Assembly: GCA_964187785.1 (NCBI GenBank)
Contig: OZ076412.1
Coordinates: 63,178,001 to 63,242,000, forward strand
DNA: 64,000 bases
Direction: 5' to 3'
Source of the DNA: Amphiscolops sp. MND2022
Lineage: Eukaryota
Shown here: positions 1 through 12,901 of the stretch, one piece after another
Layout: each line of letters opens with the position of its first letter
How positions within the stretch are numbered: position 1 is the first letter of the stretch
Position numbers and translations under genes: made by a program
The notes under the pieces: model-generated
Database searches by the model: none
The model's input: only the letters and a program-made list of their open reading frames with translations
Told to the model about the DNA's origin: nothing

Positions 1-27
1 AACATTCCTCAACAAGTTTACGAATTC

Positions 28-927
28 ATGAAAGAGCCCTCTGCCCTCTGGTGCTGCAGTAAATGCAGCATAGCAGTGAAAACCTTGATTAAAAATGAAA
101 AGAATGATAAACCGCGGAGTGAAGAGACGGAACAGATACGGAAGGATCTTGATACAACCATCAACTGCGTCAAAACCCTGATGAAAGATTTCCACTGCTT
201 TGTAAACGGTCCTAATCGAACGCAGAAAGCGAACGAATGGGCTAAAACTGAAGACATACCCGTCAAACCATTGAAAGACATAATCCTGGAGGCAAACGCA
301 GAGCAAGTAAGGGAGAAGAAAGAAGAGGAGAGACGAAAGAAAAACTTCATCATACACAGAGCAGTGGAGCAATCCACTGGAAGTGAGGAAGACCGCAAAG
401 AAGGAGACAAAAAACTTGTTCGAAGTTTCCTAGAGGAGTTGGAGCTTAGCTATGATGTTGTTGAGAAGACAAATCGTCTCGGCAAAAAGACGGACACTTC
501 GCAAGAAAAAGACACACAGTTGACTGAACATCACCGACCGCTAATGGTTACACTTAACAATAGCAGCGAGGTGGAAACTGTTATGAAAAGCCTGCGAAAG
601 TTGAAGAATGCACCAGATGAATTACGGAACCTTAGAATCAGTCCGGATCGTTCAATGAAAGAGAGAGAAGAAGTCAGAAATTTGATCCAGCGGGCAAAAA
701 AACCTAACCGAACAAGAGACTGGAGATTTGATGCACATCGTCCGAGGAACAACCATTATAAAAGTCAAAAAGAGAATGCAATGAAACAAGGAAAAGAGAT
801 GAACCTCAACATTATGTTCACCAGCGCCGACACCTTAACAAAAAACAAAATGCCGGAGCTCCTACAAACAATCTATAATCGAAGTACTTTACCGCATGTT
901 ATTGCTATCTCTGAGGCTAAACCATAA
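28..927 (+). pseudogene. CR1 ORF1 (partial) running into the APE N-terminus, ending at a premature stop
   Basis: C-terminal LNIMFTSADTL...PHVIAISEAKP is the start of an APE domain; it ends in the same TAA in all three copies. Confidence 0.8.
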
Positions 928-978
928 CACTCGAAAACAGACTTCAATCGTGTAACAGTCCAGATCCCATCGTACAAC

Positions 979-3901
979 ATGGAACCCTTAAACATGAAAC
1001 TCAGAGACAAAGGTAGAGGAATGTTACTCTTTTTGAGAGATGATCTTGACTACCGCCCCATTGACGCAAGCAGCAAAAGTGACGAGTTACCCTATGTCTC
1101 TATCAAACTACAATTGGAAACATTGTTCCTGGCATCTGTTTACCGTAGTCCAAACTCCTCTACCGAAAATAATATCATGATCAACAACTTTATCAGGCAA
1201 GAATCACAGAGAAGCATTTTCCTGAGGATCGGGGATCTCAGTCTTCCAAAAATAGATTGGGAATTCAACACCTCTAACACAGTAGTAGGAAGCAAGGAGA
1301 ACAACTTTCTTGATGCTTTAGCTGATTCTTACCTGACACAGCACACCAACAGACCAACACGTATTCGGGGCGACAATAAACCATCACTAGTTGATTTAGT
1401 CATCTTAGACACATCAACACCTGTGGAAGAGATTGAACACTTACCGCCACTCGGTGATAGTGATCATGCACTACTGCAGGTGAAAGTCTCGTTCGAGGTA
1501 GTCTCTTATGTGAAGAAACGTCTCAACTTCAGAAAAGCAAACTTCGACGCGATGAGATCATTCTTGAGAGGAACAACCATCCCGGATGAGCTAGATGTCA
1601 ATGAGAAATGGCATTTCCTAAAAAGCAAAATCACTGAAGCTGTGAAAAAATTCATCCCGGAATTGAGCATTAAGTCGAACAAAAATAGACGATATACCGC
1701 TAACAGGGACATCCTGGAGCTAGTGAGAAAGAAAAAAAAGACTCTGGAAGACTTTGGTTAATAGCAAATCCCCCGACGATCACAAAAAGTACAAAGCAAG
1801 CAGGAATTTGTTGAGGAAAGAAACCAGAAATCTTGCCCAAGAAATGAAACAGGAAATAACAAATAACCTAAAGTCCAATCCCAAAAAATTTTGGAGTTAT
1901 GTTAGCCAAAAAAAAACAAAACGAAGAGACGATTCCAGCAATCAGACGAGAAGATGGAAGCTTCACACAAACGGATTTGGAGAAAGCAGAAGAACTCTCG
2001 TTGTTTTTCAAATCCGTTTTTGAAAATGAAGGACCCGGACTCTGGCAAATAAACACCACGCACAAAAGTATGGAAGATAACATAACTTTCACTGAAAAAG
2101 AGGTGCTTGAAGAAATTAATGCCCTTAATACAGCAAAATCTGCTGGAGTGGACAACATCTCCCCAAGGATACTGAAAGAAATAGGGTCTGAAATAGCACC
2201 GTTCCTATCTCAAACCATGACGGAATCCTGGAATACTGCAATACTACCCGATGACTGGTTGCGGGCTAACATAGTGCCGATTTTCAAATCAGGGAATAAA
2301 TCAGAGGCAACCAACTATCGTCCAGTGAGCCTGACCTCAATCCCCTGCAAACTAATGGAAAGAATTATCAGAAAGAGAACAATGACATTTCTTACAGATA
2401 ATGACATCTTGAGTGATGAACAATGTGGCTTCTTGTCAAAAAGATCAACGCTTCTCCAAATGCTGAAAATATTTGATCAGTGGACTTTGGCATTGGACAA
2501 TAAGGTTGAAGTAGATGTAGTGTACCTCGATTTTTGGAAAGCGTTTGACAGCGTCCCACACAGAAGACTCATTGCTATTCTCGAACAAAATGGGGTTAAT
2601 GGAAAAACTCTGAACTGGATAAAAGCGTTCCTCTCCGGGAGACAACAGAGGGTAGTAGTCAATGGCACATTCTCAACCTGGCCGAATGTTACAACCGGGA
2701 TACCTCAAGGATCAGTATTAGGTCCAGTGCTGTTCACGATCTACATAAAGTCTATGCCGGAAGCTGTGGAGTCAGAACTTCACATGTTTGCCGATGACGC
2801 GAAACTCTACAGGGAAATACACTCAGACGCAGATCAAAAAATACTCCAAGATGACCTCCGAAAGCTGGGAAGCTGGTCGAGTAGCAGTTTACTTCAATTC
2901 AATGAGAAAAAAAGCGTGAAAATGACCCTCACAACAAAGAAAGACTCCACTGAGAGACATTACTTTATGAACACAACAAAGATGTTGGAAAATGTTAGAT
3001 GTGAGAAAGACTTGGGTGTACTAACTAATCACAAACTAAATTTTGACTCGCATATTGCTGAAAATACAAAGAAGGCGAATTCAATGCTTGCTATTATCAA
3101 AAAATGTTTCATGAAATTGAACTGCCAGTCACTGAGTGTTCTAATTAAGACGCTTGTCAGACCCCACTTGGAATATTGTAACCAAACAAGGCATATACAT
3201 TTCCAAAAACACAGAGGTAACCTCGAAAATGCCCAGAGACGAGCGACAAGACTCATCCCTTCACTCGCATCTCTCCCTCATGAACAAAGATTAATGAAAA
3301 TAGACCTACCCACCCCGGACTTCAGGAGGAAACGGGGTAGGATGATTGAAGTTTACAAGATACCCAATGGAGTGTATGATAAGAGAGTCACTGGAGGGGG
3401 TGAACGGAAATGGGTCGAAAGAAATGGGTCGAAAGAAATGGGTCGAATCGGCCTCCTGTGCCATGGGTCGAATCTTCACCGTTCGGAATTGGGTCGAATG
3501 GACTTGGGTCGACCTTGAAAAATGCCAAGTTCAAGGGAGACAACATATTGATTTCGACCCAAGTCCATTCGACCCAATTCGACCTCAGTCAATTCGACGT
3601 AAGTTATTCGACCAAAAGGGTCGACCTAATTCTTTTCGACCTATTTCATTCGACCCATTTCATGCAATCCACTGGAGGGATGCTGATGGAAAATGACAGA
3701 ATCACAAGAGGAAATCAAAGAAAACTTGTGCAGCCATCGAGAACATCAACAAGAGGAAATTTTTTCACTGTAAGAGCAGCCAATGACTGGAATAGCCTGC
3801 CTGATGATGTCACGTCGGCAGGAACCCTTGACGTTTTTAAAGCGAAATTGGACAACACCTGGAGAAATTTGACGATGGAAGGGGAACCCAAACAGCAATG
3901 A
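979..3901 (+). pseudogene. CR1 ORF2 (APE-RT), frameshifted and interrupted by a MITE
   Basis: Split into ORFs 979-1761, 1754-2023, 1899-3518 and 3410-3901; frameshifts at A-runs; C-terminal RGNFFTVRAANDWNSLP...FKAKLD typical of CR1. Confidence 0.9.
3399..3670. mobile_element. Foldback (Mutator-like) MITE, 272 bp, 9-bp TSD ACTGGAGGG
   Basis: Imperfect TIRs with shared core GAAATGGGTCGAA; GGGTCGAA repeats in the left arm and TTCGACC repeats in the right arm; TSD at 3390-3398 and 3671-3679 (8-10 bp readings also possible). Confidence 0.8.
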
Positions 3902-4690
3902 GCCAATCACCAAAGGCTTCGGCCTTAGATTGTGAAACATCTATTCTTCTTCTATTCTTATCACTAACAACGCCGTTGTTATAGAACTCAATATTTATTC
4001 TCGGAATTTTGATTCTAGTAAATATTCTAGTGACTTGTAACGTTCGAATTGGTCAAAAGGGGGGCGGAACAGCAGAGGCAATTTTCGCACTAAAATCATC
4101 GCTGTTGGAGTCTTTTGGATGGTTTTTTCAGTTTCTGCATAATTTTTTGGTTTTCTTCCGCACCTGGGAGCATGACTGTGCAACTTAGTGAGAATTTTTT
4201 GTATACTCGTAAAATTGTGGCCTCACATCGTTATGTGCAACATAGATACCAGGTGCTTGGGGTTATTCATTCAATTTGTTAGAATGACCATTGTTAAAGG
4301 TATTGCCCTCCTTTTTTGCTGATACAATTTTTCCACGGATTCGCGTTTTCTGTAGTGGTTAAGCTCCAATTGTCATTTTTCAACTCCAATTTTTCAATTT
4401 TATTCAAATCTTTTTACCCAATTTTTACTGGTCAAGAAATGATGTCGCCATAGTTTTAAATTTTATTATGAACACAGAATGATGTCGCCATAGCTTCAAG
4501 TTTTTATTTTTTATGGTGTCGTATTTCGAATTTGATTGGTCAACGAAGGGATGTCGCCATAGTTTTCAGTGTCATCATGAACTTTATTTAGAGTCGTATT
4601 TTTTATCGAGAACTTGCAATACTATTGGCGAACGAAACATTTCTGCTGTTTGGGATCATGTCTTTATTTAATTTCTAAGTTTTACTACTA

Positions 4691-4847
4691 CAGTCGAACT
4701 CGGATAAAATACTCATTGGGCAGCGAGAAAAGTGTTTCTTTTATCCATAGTTTCTTTTATCAGTTGTCTTATTAACGTAGAAAGTTTGACTTGCATAAAA
4801 TCGGAGCAATGAAAACGTTTCTTATATCCGAATGTTTATTTTATCCG
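4691..4847. mobile_element. Tc1/mariner-type MITE, truncated at the segmental-duplication junction
   Basis: Starts TA|CAGTCGAACTCGGATAAAA; matches 12902-13058 (at least one substitution) but lacks the right TIR. Confidence 0.7.
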
Positions 4848-5053
4848 CAAGCGAACTTACCCAAAAAGTTATTTACCATCACCTATGCTTGCCTATAATT
4901 GTCATATTTGATGTTACCTTATCTACTAAATTTGTTTGCATAACCTGTAATTTAATTGGTACCGACTGAGAAAGTGTCTGGCATTTGGTATAATTTCGTT
5001 TTGCGGAGTTTTAGAACTATAACAACCCAAGCTCGACATGATTGTGAGAAAAT

Positions 5054-5133
5054 CGCCATTACAGGACTCGAACTTGCATCTCAAGACAGATCTAGCTAGC
5101 AGTCAAGCGCCTTAACCCTTAGACCAAATGGCC
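5054..5133 (-). pseudogene. tRNA-Ser(GCT)-derived pseudogene or SINE head
   Basis: A-box TGGTCTAAGGG, TTAAGGCG..GACTGCTA as in Ser-GCT tRNAs, long variable arm, B-box GTTCGAGTC, 6-bp acceptor stem, then TTTT; anticodon stem pairs poorly. Confidence 0.6.
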
Positions 5134-5398
5134 TATTCAATCTCACCAATCATTCGACTTATCATGAAAAGCCTAATTGTTGTGATAAACTTATTAAATA
5201 GGAATTTCCCTTTCACCTTTTCAAATCGTGTATTTTCAGAACTTTTGAGCTAAAGGATTGAACCCATTTTTTTGACTCTCCAATCAGGTAGCTATTTGAG
5301 GTTTTGTTATCTTGGAGCGCCCTGAAAGGAGAAACAAAAAGGAACATTTTTAAAAGTCCCAAAGACCTCTAGCTTGGTGGGCGAAGGTTCCACCCTTG

Positions 5399-5914
5399 AT
5401 GTACATCATTGGAGCCAGCAATATTGCAAGAGCTTTGAAGTATTCCCCGCAGCTGAACAAAAGAGTACAATACCGAATAACAGGTATTCCCAGTCACAGC
5501 TTAAACCATAACAGTCCTAAAAACCTCAACCTCCAATATTACCTGGTGAGAAAACCACCTAACAGTACCGATATTGTCATTTGGCACGACATCTTGAGCA
5601 ATTCCCTTACTCCACATCACTCCAACAACAATAAACCTTTGACAATTGACGAATTGATCCAAGCCCTGACAACCATCAAGCATAGGGTCAAAGCGATTGT
5701 ATACACCAGAAAGTTCGGGACAAAGGAATTGTTCTAAGTTATTTGGAAATCAACCGGTATCCTAACAATTAACATCCGCACCCATCTTCTCTCTAAAAGG
5801 AAGCAGAATAGTAACAGGTACAAACACCAGTTGCTAGAAAACCACCCTGAGGTTGAAATAGAGTGCAGCTTGTTGAAAAATGTATTTGATCATCAAAAAA
5901 CTTGCGAAGACTGA
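5399..5914 (+). pseudogene. SGNH/GDSL-esterase-like ORF, possibly a LINE ORF1, with a premature stop at 5735-5737
   Basis: IIGASN (block I-like), VIWHDILSNS (block III-like), ENHP (block V-like) found by reading through the TAA in the same frame. Confidence 0.4.
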
Positions 5915-6074
5915 CTTTGAAAAAAAAGATCTCAAACACGCAAACGGCCCTCCAAAAAACGTCCTGGAAGTCAAAGAAGAAACAAATAAAGGTTAGTGTC
6001 ACTCAATTATCCTTTCTATTTTTTCTGAGGTAGCTTTTTGAGGTTTAATCATCTTGGAGCGGCCTCTAACTAAA

Positions 6075-7163
6075 ATGGTCAAGGGTAAAAACAAAAAAAG
6101 TAAACAAAAGAAAGCAAGTACTAGTCTTGAATGTAAAAATTGGACCTGTATTGGTTGCAACAAAGCATTCACAGACCCTGATGATCAAGTTATGGAATGT
6201 GACCGGTGCAGGGACCACTTCTGCATCAATTGTCTAAACATTCCTCAACAAGTTTACGAATTCATGAAAGAGCCCTCTGCCCTCTGGTGCTGCAGTAAAT
6301 GCAGCATAGCAGTGAAAACCTTGATTAAAAATGAAAAGAATGATAAACCGCGGAGTGAAGAGACGGAACAGATACGGAAGGATCTTGATTCAACCATCAA
6401 CTGCGTCAAAACCCTGATGAAAGATTTCCACTGCTTTGTAAACGGTCCTAATCGAACGCAGAAAGCGAACGAATGGGCTAAAACTGAAGACATACCCGTC
6501 AAACCATTGAAAGACATAATCCTGGAGGCAAACGCAGAGCAAGTAAGGGAGAAGAAAGAAGAGGAGAGACGAAAGAAAAACTTCATCATACACAGAGCAG
6601 TGGAGCAATCCACTGGAAGTGAGGAAGACCGCAAAGAAGGAGACAAAAAACTTGTTCGAAGTTTCCTAGAGGAGTTGGAGCTTAGCTATGATGTTGTTGA
6701 GAAGACAACTCGTCTCGGCAAAAAGACGGACACTTCGCAAGAAAAAGACACACAGTTGACTGAACATCACCGACCGCTAATGGTTACACTTAACAATAGC
6801 AGCGAGGTGGAAACTGTTATGAAAAACCTGCGAAAGTTGAAGAATGCACCAGATGAATTACGGAACCTTAGAATCAGTCCGGATCGTTCAATGAAAGAGA
6901 GAGAAGAAGTCAGAAATTTGATCCAGCGGGCAAAAAAACCTAACCGAACAAGAGACTGGAGATTTGATGCACATCGTCCGAGGAACAACCATTATAAAAG
7001 TCAAAAAGAGAACGCAATGAAACAAGGAAAAGAGATGAACCTCAACATTATGTTCACCAGCGCCGACACCTTAACAAAAGACAAAATGCTGGAGCTCCTA
7101 CAAACAATCTATAATCGAAGTACTTTACCGCATGTTATTGCTATCTCTGAGGCTAAACCATAA
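6075..7163 (+). CDS. CR1 ORF1, copy B: PHD finger + coiled coil + RRM-like, fused to the APE start
   Basis: CIGC...ECDRCRDHFCINC...WCCSKC PHD-type finger with Cys at the usual His position; basic N-terminus; first ATG at 6075. Confidence 0.85.
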   Translation: MVKGKNKKSKQKKASTSLECKNWTCIGCNKAFTDPDDQVMECDRCRDHFCINCLNIPQQVYEFMKEPSALWCCSKCSIAVKTLIKNEKNDKPRSEETEQIRKDLDSTINCVKTLMKDFHCFVNGPNRTQKANEWAKTEDIPVKPLKDIILEANAEQVREKKEEERRKKNFIIHRAVEQSTGSEEDRKEGDKKLVRSFLEELELSYDVVEKTTRLGKKTDTSQEKDTQLTEHHRPLMVTLNNSSEVETVMKNLRKLKNAPDELRNLRISPDRSMKEREEVRNLIQRAKKPNRTRDWRFDAHRPRNNHYKSQKENAMKQGKEMNLNIMFTSADTLTKDKMLELLQTIYNRSTLPHVIAISEAKP

Positions 7164-7214
7164 CACTCGAAAACAGACTTCAATCGTGTAACAGTCCAGA
7201 TCCCATCGTACAAC

Positions 7215-9152
7215 ATGGAACCCTTAAACATGAAACTCAGAGACAAAGGGAGAGGAATGTTACTCTTTTTGAGAGATGATCTTGACTACCGCCCCATTGA
7301 CGCAAGCAGCAAAAGTGACGAGTTACTCTATGTCTCTACCAAACTACAAATGGAAACATTGTTCCTGGCATCTGTTTACCGTAGTCCAAACTCCTCTACC
7401 GAAAATAATATCATGATCAACAACTTTATCAGGCAAGAATCACAGAGAAGCATTTTCCTGATGATCGGGGATCTCAATCTTCCAAAAATAGATTGGGAAT
7501 TCAACACCTCTAACACAGTAGTACGAAGCAAGGAGAACAACTTTCTTGATGCTTTAGCTGATTCTTACCTGACACAGCACACCAACAGACCAACACGTAT
7601 TCGGGGCGACGATAAACCATCACTAGTTGATTTAGTCATCTTAGACACATCAAAACCTGTGGAAGAGATTGAACACTTACCGCCACTCGGTGATAGTGAT
7701 CATGCACTACTGCAGGTGAAAGTCTCGTTCGAGGTAGTCTCTTATGTGAAGAAACGTCTCAACTTCAGAAAAACAAACTTCGACGCGATGAGATCATTCT
7801 TGAGAGGAACAACCATCCCGGATGAGCTAGATGTCAATGAGAAATGGCATTTCCTAAAAAGCAAAATCACTGAAGCTGTGAAAAAATTCATCCCGGAATT
7901 GAGCATTAAGTCGAACAAAAATAGACGATATACCGCTAACAGGGACATCCTGGAGCTAGTGAGAAAGAAAAAACTACTCTGGAAGACTTTGGTTAATAGC
8001 AAACCCCCCGACGATCACAAAAAGTACAAAGCAAGCAGGAATTTGTTGAGGAAAGAAACCAGAAATCTTGCCCAAGAAATGAAACAGGAAATAACAAATA
8101 ACCTAAAGTCCAATCCCAAAAAATTATGGGGTTATGTTAGCCAAAAAAAACAAAACGAAGAGACGATTGATGATCAAGTTATGGAATGTGACCGGTGCAG
8201 GGACCACTTCTGCATCAATTGTCTAAACATTCCTCAACAAGTTTACGAATTCATGAAAGAGCCCTCTGCCCTCTGGTGCTGCAGTAAATGCAGCATAGCA
8301 GTGAAAACCTTGATTAAAAATGAAAAGAATGATAAACCGCGGAGTGAAGAGACGGAACAGATACGGAAGGATCTTGATACAACCATCAACTGCGTCAAAA
8401 CCCTGATGAAAGATTTCCACTGCTTTGTAAACGGTCCTAATCGAACGCAGAAAGCGAACGAATGGGCTAAAACTGAAGACATACCCGTCAAACCATTGAA
8501 AGACATAATCCTGGAGGCAAACGCAGAGCAAGTAAGGGAGAAGAAAGAAGAGGAGAGACGAAAGAAAAACTTCATCATACACAGAGCAGTGGAGCAATCC
8601 ACTGGAAGTGAGGAAGACCGCAAAGAAGGAGACAAAAAACTTGTTCGAAGTTTCCTAGAGGAGTTGGAGCTTAGCTATGATGTTGTTGAGAAGACAAATC
8701 GTCTCGGCAAAAAGACGGACACTTCGCAAGAAAAAGACACACAGTTGACTGAACATCACCGACCGCTAATGGTTACACTTAACAATAGCAGCGAGGTGGA
8801 AACTGTTATGAAAAGCCTGCGAAAGTTGAAGAATGCACCAGATGAATTACGGAACCTTAGAATCAGTCCGGATCGTTCAATGAAAGAGAGAGAAGAAGTC
8901 AGAAATTTGATCCAGCGGGCAAAAAAACCTAACCGAACAAGAGACTGGAGATTTGATGCACATCGTCCGAGGAACAACCATTATAAAAGTCAAAAAGAGA
9001 ATGCAATGAAACAAGGAAAAGAGATGAACCTCAACATTATGTTCACCAGCGCCGACACCTTAACAAAAGACAAAATGCCGGAGCTCCTACAAACAATCTA
9101 TAATCGAAGTACTTTACCGCATGTTATTGCTATCTCTGAGGCTAAACCATAA
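7215..9152 (+). pseudogene. Chimeric APE-ORF1 reading frame (645 aa) created by a 1,989-bp tandem duplication
   Basis: Junction GAAGAGACGAT-T-GATGATCAAG at 8168 joins ORF2 back to ORF1 in frame. Confidence 0.8.
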
Positions 9153-12100
9153 CACTCGAAAACAGACTTCAATCGTGTAACAGTCCAGATCCCATCGTAC
9201 AACATGGAACCCTTAAACATGAAACTCAGAGACAAAGGGAGAGGAATGTTACTCTTTTTGAGAGATGATCTTGACTACCGCCCCATTGACGCAAGCAGCA
9301 AAAGTGACGAGTTACTCTATGTCTCTATCAAACTACAAATGGAAACATTGTTCCTGGCATCTGTTTACCGTAGTCCAAACTCCTCTACCGAAAATAATAT
9401 CATGATCAACAACTTTATCAGGCAAGAATCACAGAGAAGCATTTTCCTGAGGATCGGGGATCTCAGTCTTCCAAAAATAGATTGGGAATTCAACACCTCT
9501 AACACAGTAGTAGGAAGCAAGGAGAACAACTTTCTTGATGCTTTAGCTGATTCTTACCTGACACAGCACACCAACAGACCAACACGTATTCGGGGCGACA
9601 ATAAACCATCACTAGTTGATTTAGTCATCTTAGACACATCAACACCTGTGGAAGAGATTGAACACTTACCGCCACTCGGTGATAGTGATCATGCACTACT
9701 GCAGGTGAAAGTCTCGTTCGAGGTAGTCTCTTATGTGAAGAAACGTCTCAACTTCAGAAAAGCAAACTTCGACGCGATGAGATCATTCTTGAGAGGAACA
9801 ACCATCCCGGATGAGCTAGATGTCAATGAGAAATGGCTTTTCCTAAAAAGCAAAATCACTGAAGCTGTGAAAAAATTCATCCCGGAATTGAGCATTAAGT
9901 CGAACAAAAATAGACGATATACCGCTAACAGGGACATCCTGGAGCTAGTGAGAAAGAAAAAAAAGACTCTGGAAGACTTTGGTTAATAGCAAATCCCCCG
10001 ACGATCACAAAAAGTACAAAGCAAGCAGGAATTTGTTGAGGAAAGAAACCAGAAATCTTGCCCAAGAAATGAAACAGGAAATAACAAATAACCTAAAGTC
10101 CAATCCCAAAAAATTTTGGAGTTATGTTAGCCAAAAAAAAACAAAACGAAGAGACGATTCCAGCAATCAGACGAGAAGATGGAAGCTTCACACAAACGGA
10201 TTTGGAGAAAGCAGAAGAACTCTCGTTGTTTTTCAAATCCGTTTTTGAAAATGAAGGACCCGGACTCTGGCAAATAAACACCACGCACAAAAGTATGGAA
10301 GATAACATAACTTTCACTGCAAAAGAGGTGCTTGAAGAAATTAATGCCCTTAATACAGCAAAATCTGCTGGAGTGGACAACATCTCCCCAAGGATACTGA
10401 AAGAAATAGGGTCTGAAATAGCACCGTTCCTATCTCAAACCATGACGGAATCCTGGAATACTGCAATACTACCCGATGACTGGTTGCGGGCTAACATAGT
10501 GCCGATTTTCAAATCAGGGAATAAATCAGAGGCAACCAACTATCGTCCAGTGAGCCTGACCTCAATCCCCTGCAAACTAATGGAAAGAATTATCAGAAAG
10601 AGAACAATGACATTTCTTACAGATAATGACATCTTGAGTGATGAACAATGTGGCTTCTTGTCAAAAAGATCAACGCTTCTCCAAATGCTGAAAATATTTG
10701 ATCAGTGGACTTTGGCATTGGACAATAAGGTTGAAGTAGATGTAGTGTACCTCGATTTTTGGAAAGCGTTTGACAGCGTCCCACACAGAAGACTCATTGC
10801 TATTCTCGAACAAAATGGGGTTAATGTAAAAACTCTGAACTGGATAAAAGCGTTCCTCTCCGGGAGACAACAGAGGGTAGTAGTCAATGGCACATTCTCA
10901 ACCTGGCCGAATGTTACAACCGGGATACCTCAAGGATCAGTATTAGGTCCAGTGCTGTTCACGATCTACATAAAGTCTATGCCGGAAGCTGTGGAGTCAG
11001 AACTTCACATGTTTGCCGATGACGCGAAACTCTACAGGGAAATACACTCAGACGCAGATCAAAAAATACTCCAAGATGACCTCCGAAAGCTGGGAAGCTG
11101 GTCGAGTAGCAGTTTACTTCAATTCAATGAGAAAAAAAGCGTGAAAATGACCCTCACAACAAAGAAAGACTCCACTGAGAGACATTACTTTATGAACACA
11201 ACAAAGATGTTGGAAAATGTTAGATGTGAGAAAGACTTGGGTGTACTAACTAATCACAAACTAAATTTTGACTCGCATATTGCTGAAAATATGAAGAAGG
11301 CGAATTCAATGCTTGCTATTATCAAAAAATGTTTCATGAAATTGAACTGCCAGTCACTGAGTGTTCTAATTAAGACGCTTGTCAGACCCCACTTGGAATA
11401 TTGTAACCAAACAAGGCATATACATTTCCAAAAACACAGAGGTAACCTCGAAAATGCCCAGAGACGAGCGACAAGACTCATCCCTTCACTCGCATCTCTC
11501 CCTCATGAACAAAGATTAATGAAAATAGACCTACCCACCCCGGACTTCAGGAGGAAACGGGGTAGGATGATTGAAGTTTACAAGATACCCAATGGAGTGT
11601 ATGATAAGAGAGTCACTGGAGGGGGTGAACGGAAATGGGTCGAAAGAAATGGGTCGAATCGGCCTCCTGTGCCATGGGTCGAATCTTCACCGTTCGGAAT
11701 TGGGTCGAATGGACTTGGGTCGACCTTGAAAAATGCCAAGTTCAAGGGAGACAACATATTGATTTCGACCCAAGTCCATTCGACCCAATTCGACCTCAGT
11801 CAATTCGACGTAAGTTATTCGACCAAAAGGGTCGACCTAATTCTTTTCGACCTATTTCATTCGACCCATTTCATGCAATCCACTGGAGGGATGCTGATGG
11901 AAAATGACAGAATCACAAGAGGAAATCAAAGAAAACTTGTGCAGCCATCGAGAACATCAACAAGAGGAAATTTTTTCACTGTAAGAGCAGCCAATGACTG
12001 GAATAGCCTGCCTGATGATGTCACGTCGGCAGGAACCCTTGACGTTTTTAAAGCGAAATTGGACAACACCTGGAGAAATTTGACGATGGAAGGGGAACCC

Positions 12101-12171
12101 AAACAGCAATGAGCCAATCACCAAAGGCTTCGGCCTTAGATTGTGAAACATCTATTCTTCTTCTATTCTTA
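8168..12171 (+). mobile_element. CR1-clade LINE, copy C (near-identical to copy A)
   Basis: Offset of 8,225 then 8,211 bp from copy A; RT ORF 10124-12112 (662 aa); same 3' hairpin and tail. Confidence 0.9.
11624..11881. mobile_element. Foldback MITE, 258 bp, 9-bp TSD, inserted in frame in the RT ORF
   Basis: Same element as 3399-3670 minus one 14-bp repeat; 258+9=267 bp=89 codons with no stop. Confidence 0.8.
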
Positions 12172-12901
12172 TCACTAACAACGCCGTTGTTATAGAACTC
12201 AATATTTATTCTCGGAATTTTGATTCTAGTAAATATTCTAGTGACTTGTAACGTTCGAATTGGTCAAAAGGGGGGCGGAACAGCAGAGGCAATTTTCGCA
12301 CTAAAATCATCGCTGTTGGAGTCTTTTGGATGGTTTTTTCAGTTTCTGCATAATTTTTTGGTTTTCTTCCGCACCTGGGAGCATGACTGTGCAACTTAGT
12401 GAGAATTTTTTGTATACTCGTAAAATTGTGGCCTCACATCGTTATGTGCAACATAGATACCAGGTGCTTGGGGTTATTCATTCAATTTGTTAGAATGACC
12501 ATTGTTAAAGGTATTGCCCTCCTTTTTTGCTGATACAATTTTTCCACGGATTCGCGTTTTCTGTAGTGGTTAAGCTCCAATTGTCATTTTTCAACTCCAA
12601 TTTTTCAATTTTATTCAAATCTTTTTACCCAATTTTTACTGGTCAAGAAATGATGTCGCCATAGTTTTAAATTTTATTATGAACACAGAATGATGTCGCC
12701 ATAGCTTCAAGTTTTTATTTTTTATGGTGTCGTATTTCGAATTTGATTGGTCAACGAAGGGATGTCGCCATAGTTTTCAGTGTCATCATGAACTTTATTT
12801 AGAGTCGTATTTTTTATCGAGAACTTGCAATACTATTGGCGAACGAAACATTTCTGCTGTTTGGGATCATGTCTTTATTTAATTTCTAAGTTTTACTACT
12901 A

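Larger units (their letters stand above)
1..3960 (+). mobile_element. CR1-clade non-LTR retrotransposon, copy A (cut by the window edge, decayed)
   Basis: ORF1 coiled-coil/RRM region (KNFIIHRAVE, RLGKK, RPLMVTL, LRISPDRS); APE motifs (ISEAKP, YRSPNS, GDL, SDH); RT motifs (NYRPVSLTS, YLDFWKAFD, PQGSVLGP, FADD, EKDLGV); 3' hairpin AAGGCTTCGGCCTT followed by TTCTA/TTC repeats at about 3914-3960. Confidence 0.9.

Noticed and set aside
4440-4563. Three copies of GATGTCGCCATAG (also at about 12650-12775) as a regulatory array
   Set aside because: Short, irregular spacing; most likely internal repeats of an old unclassified TE
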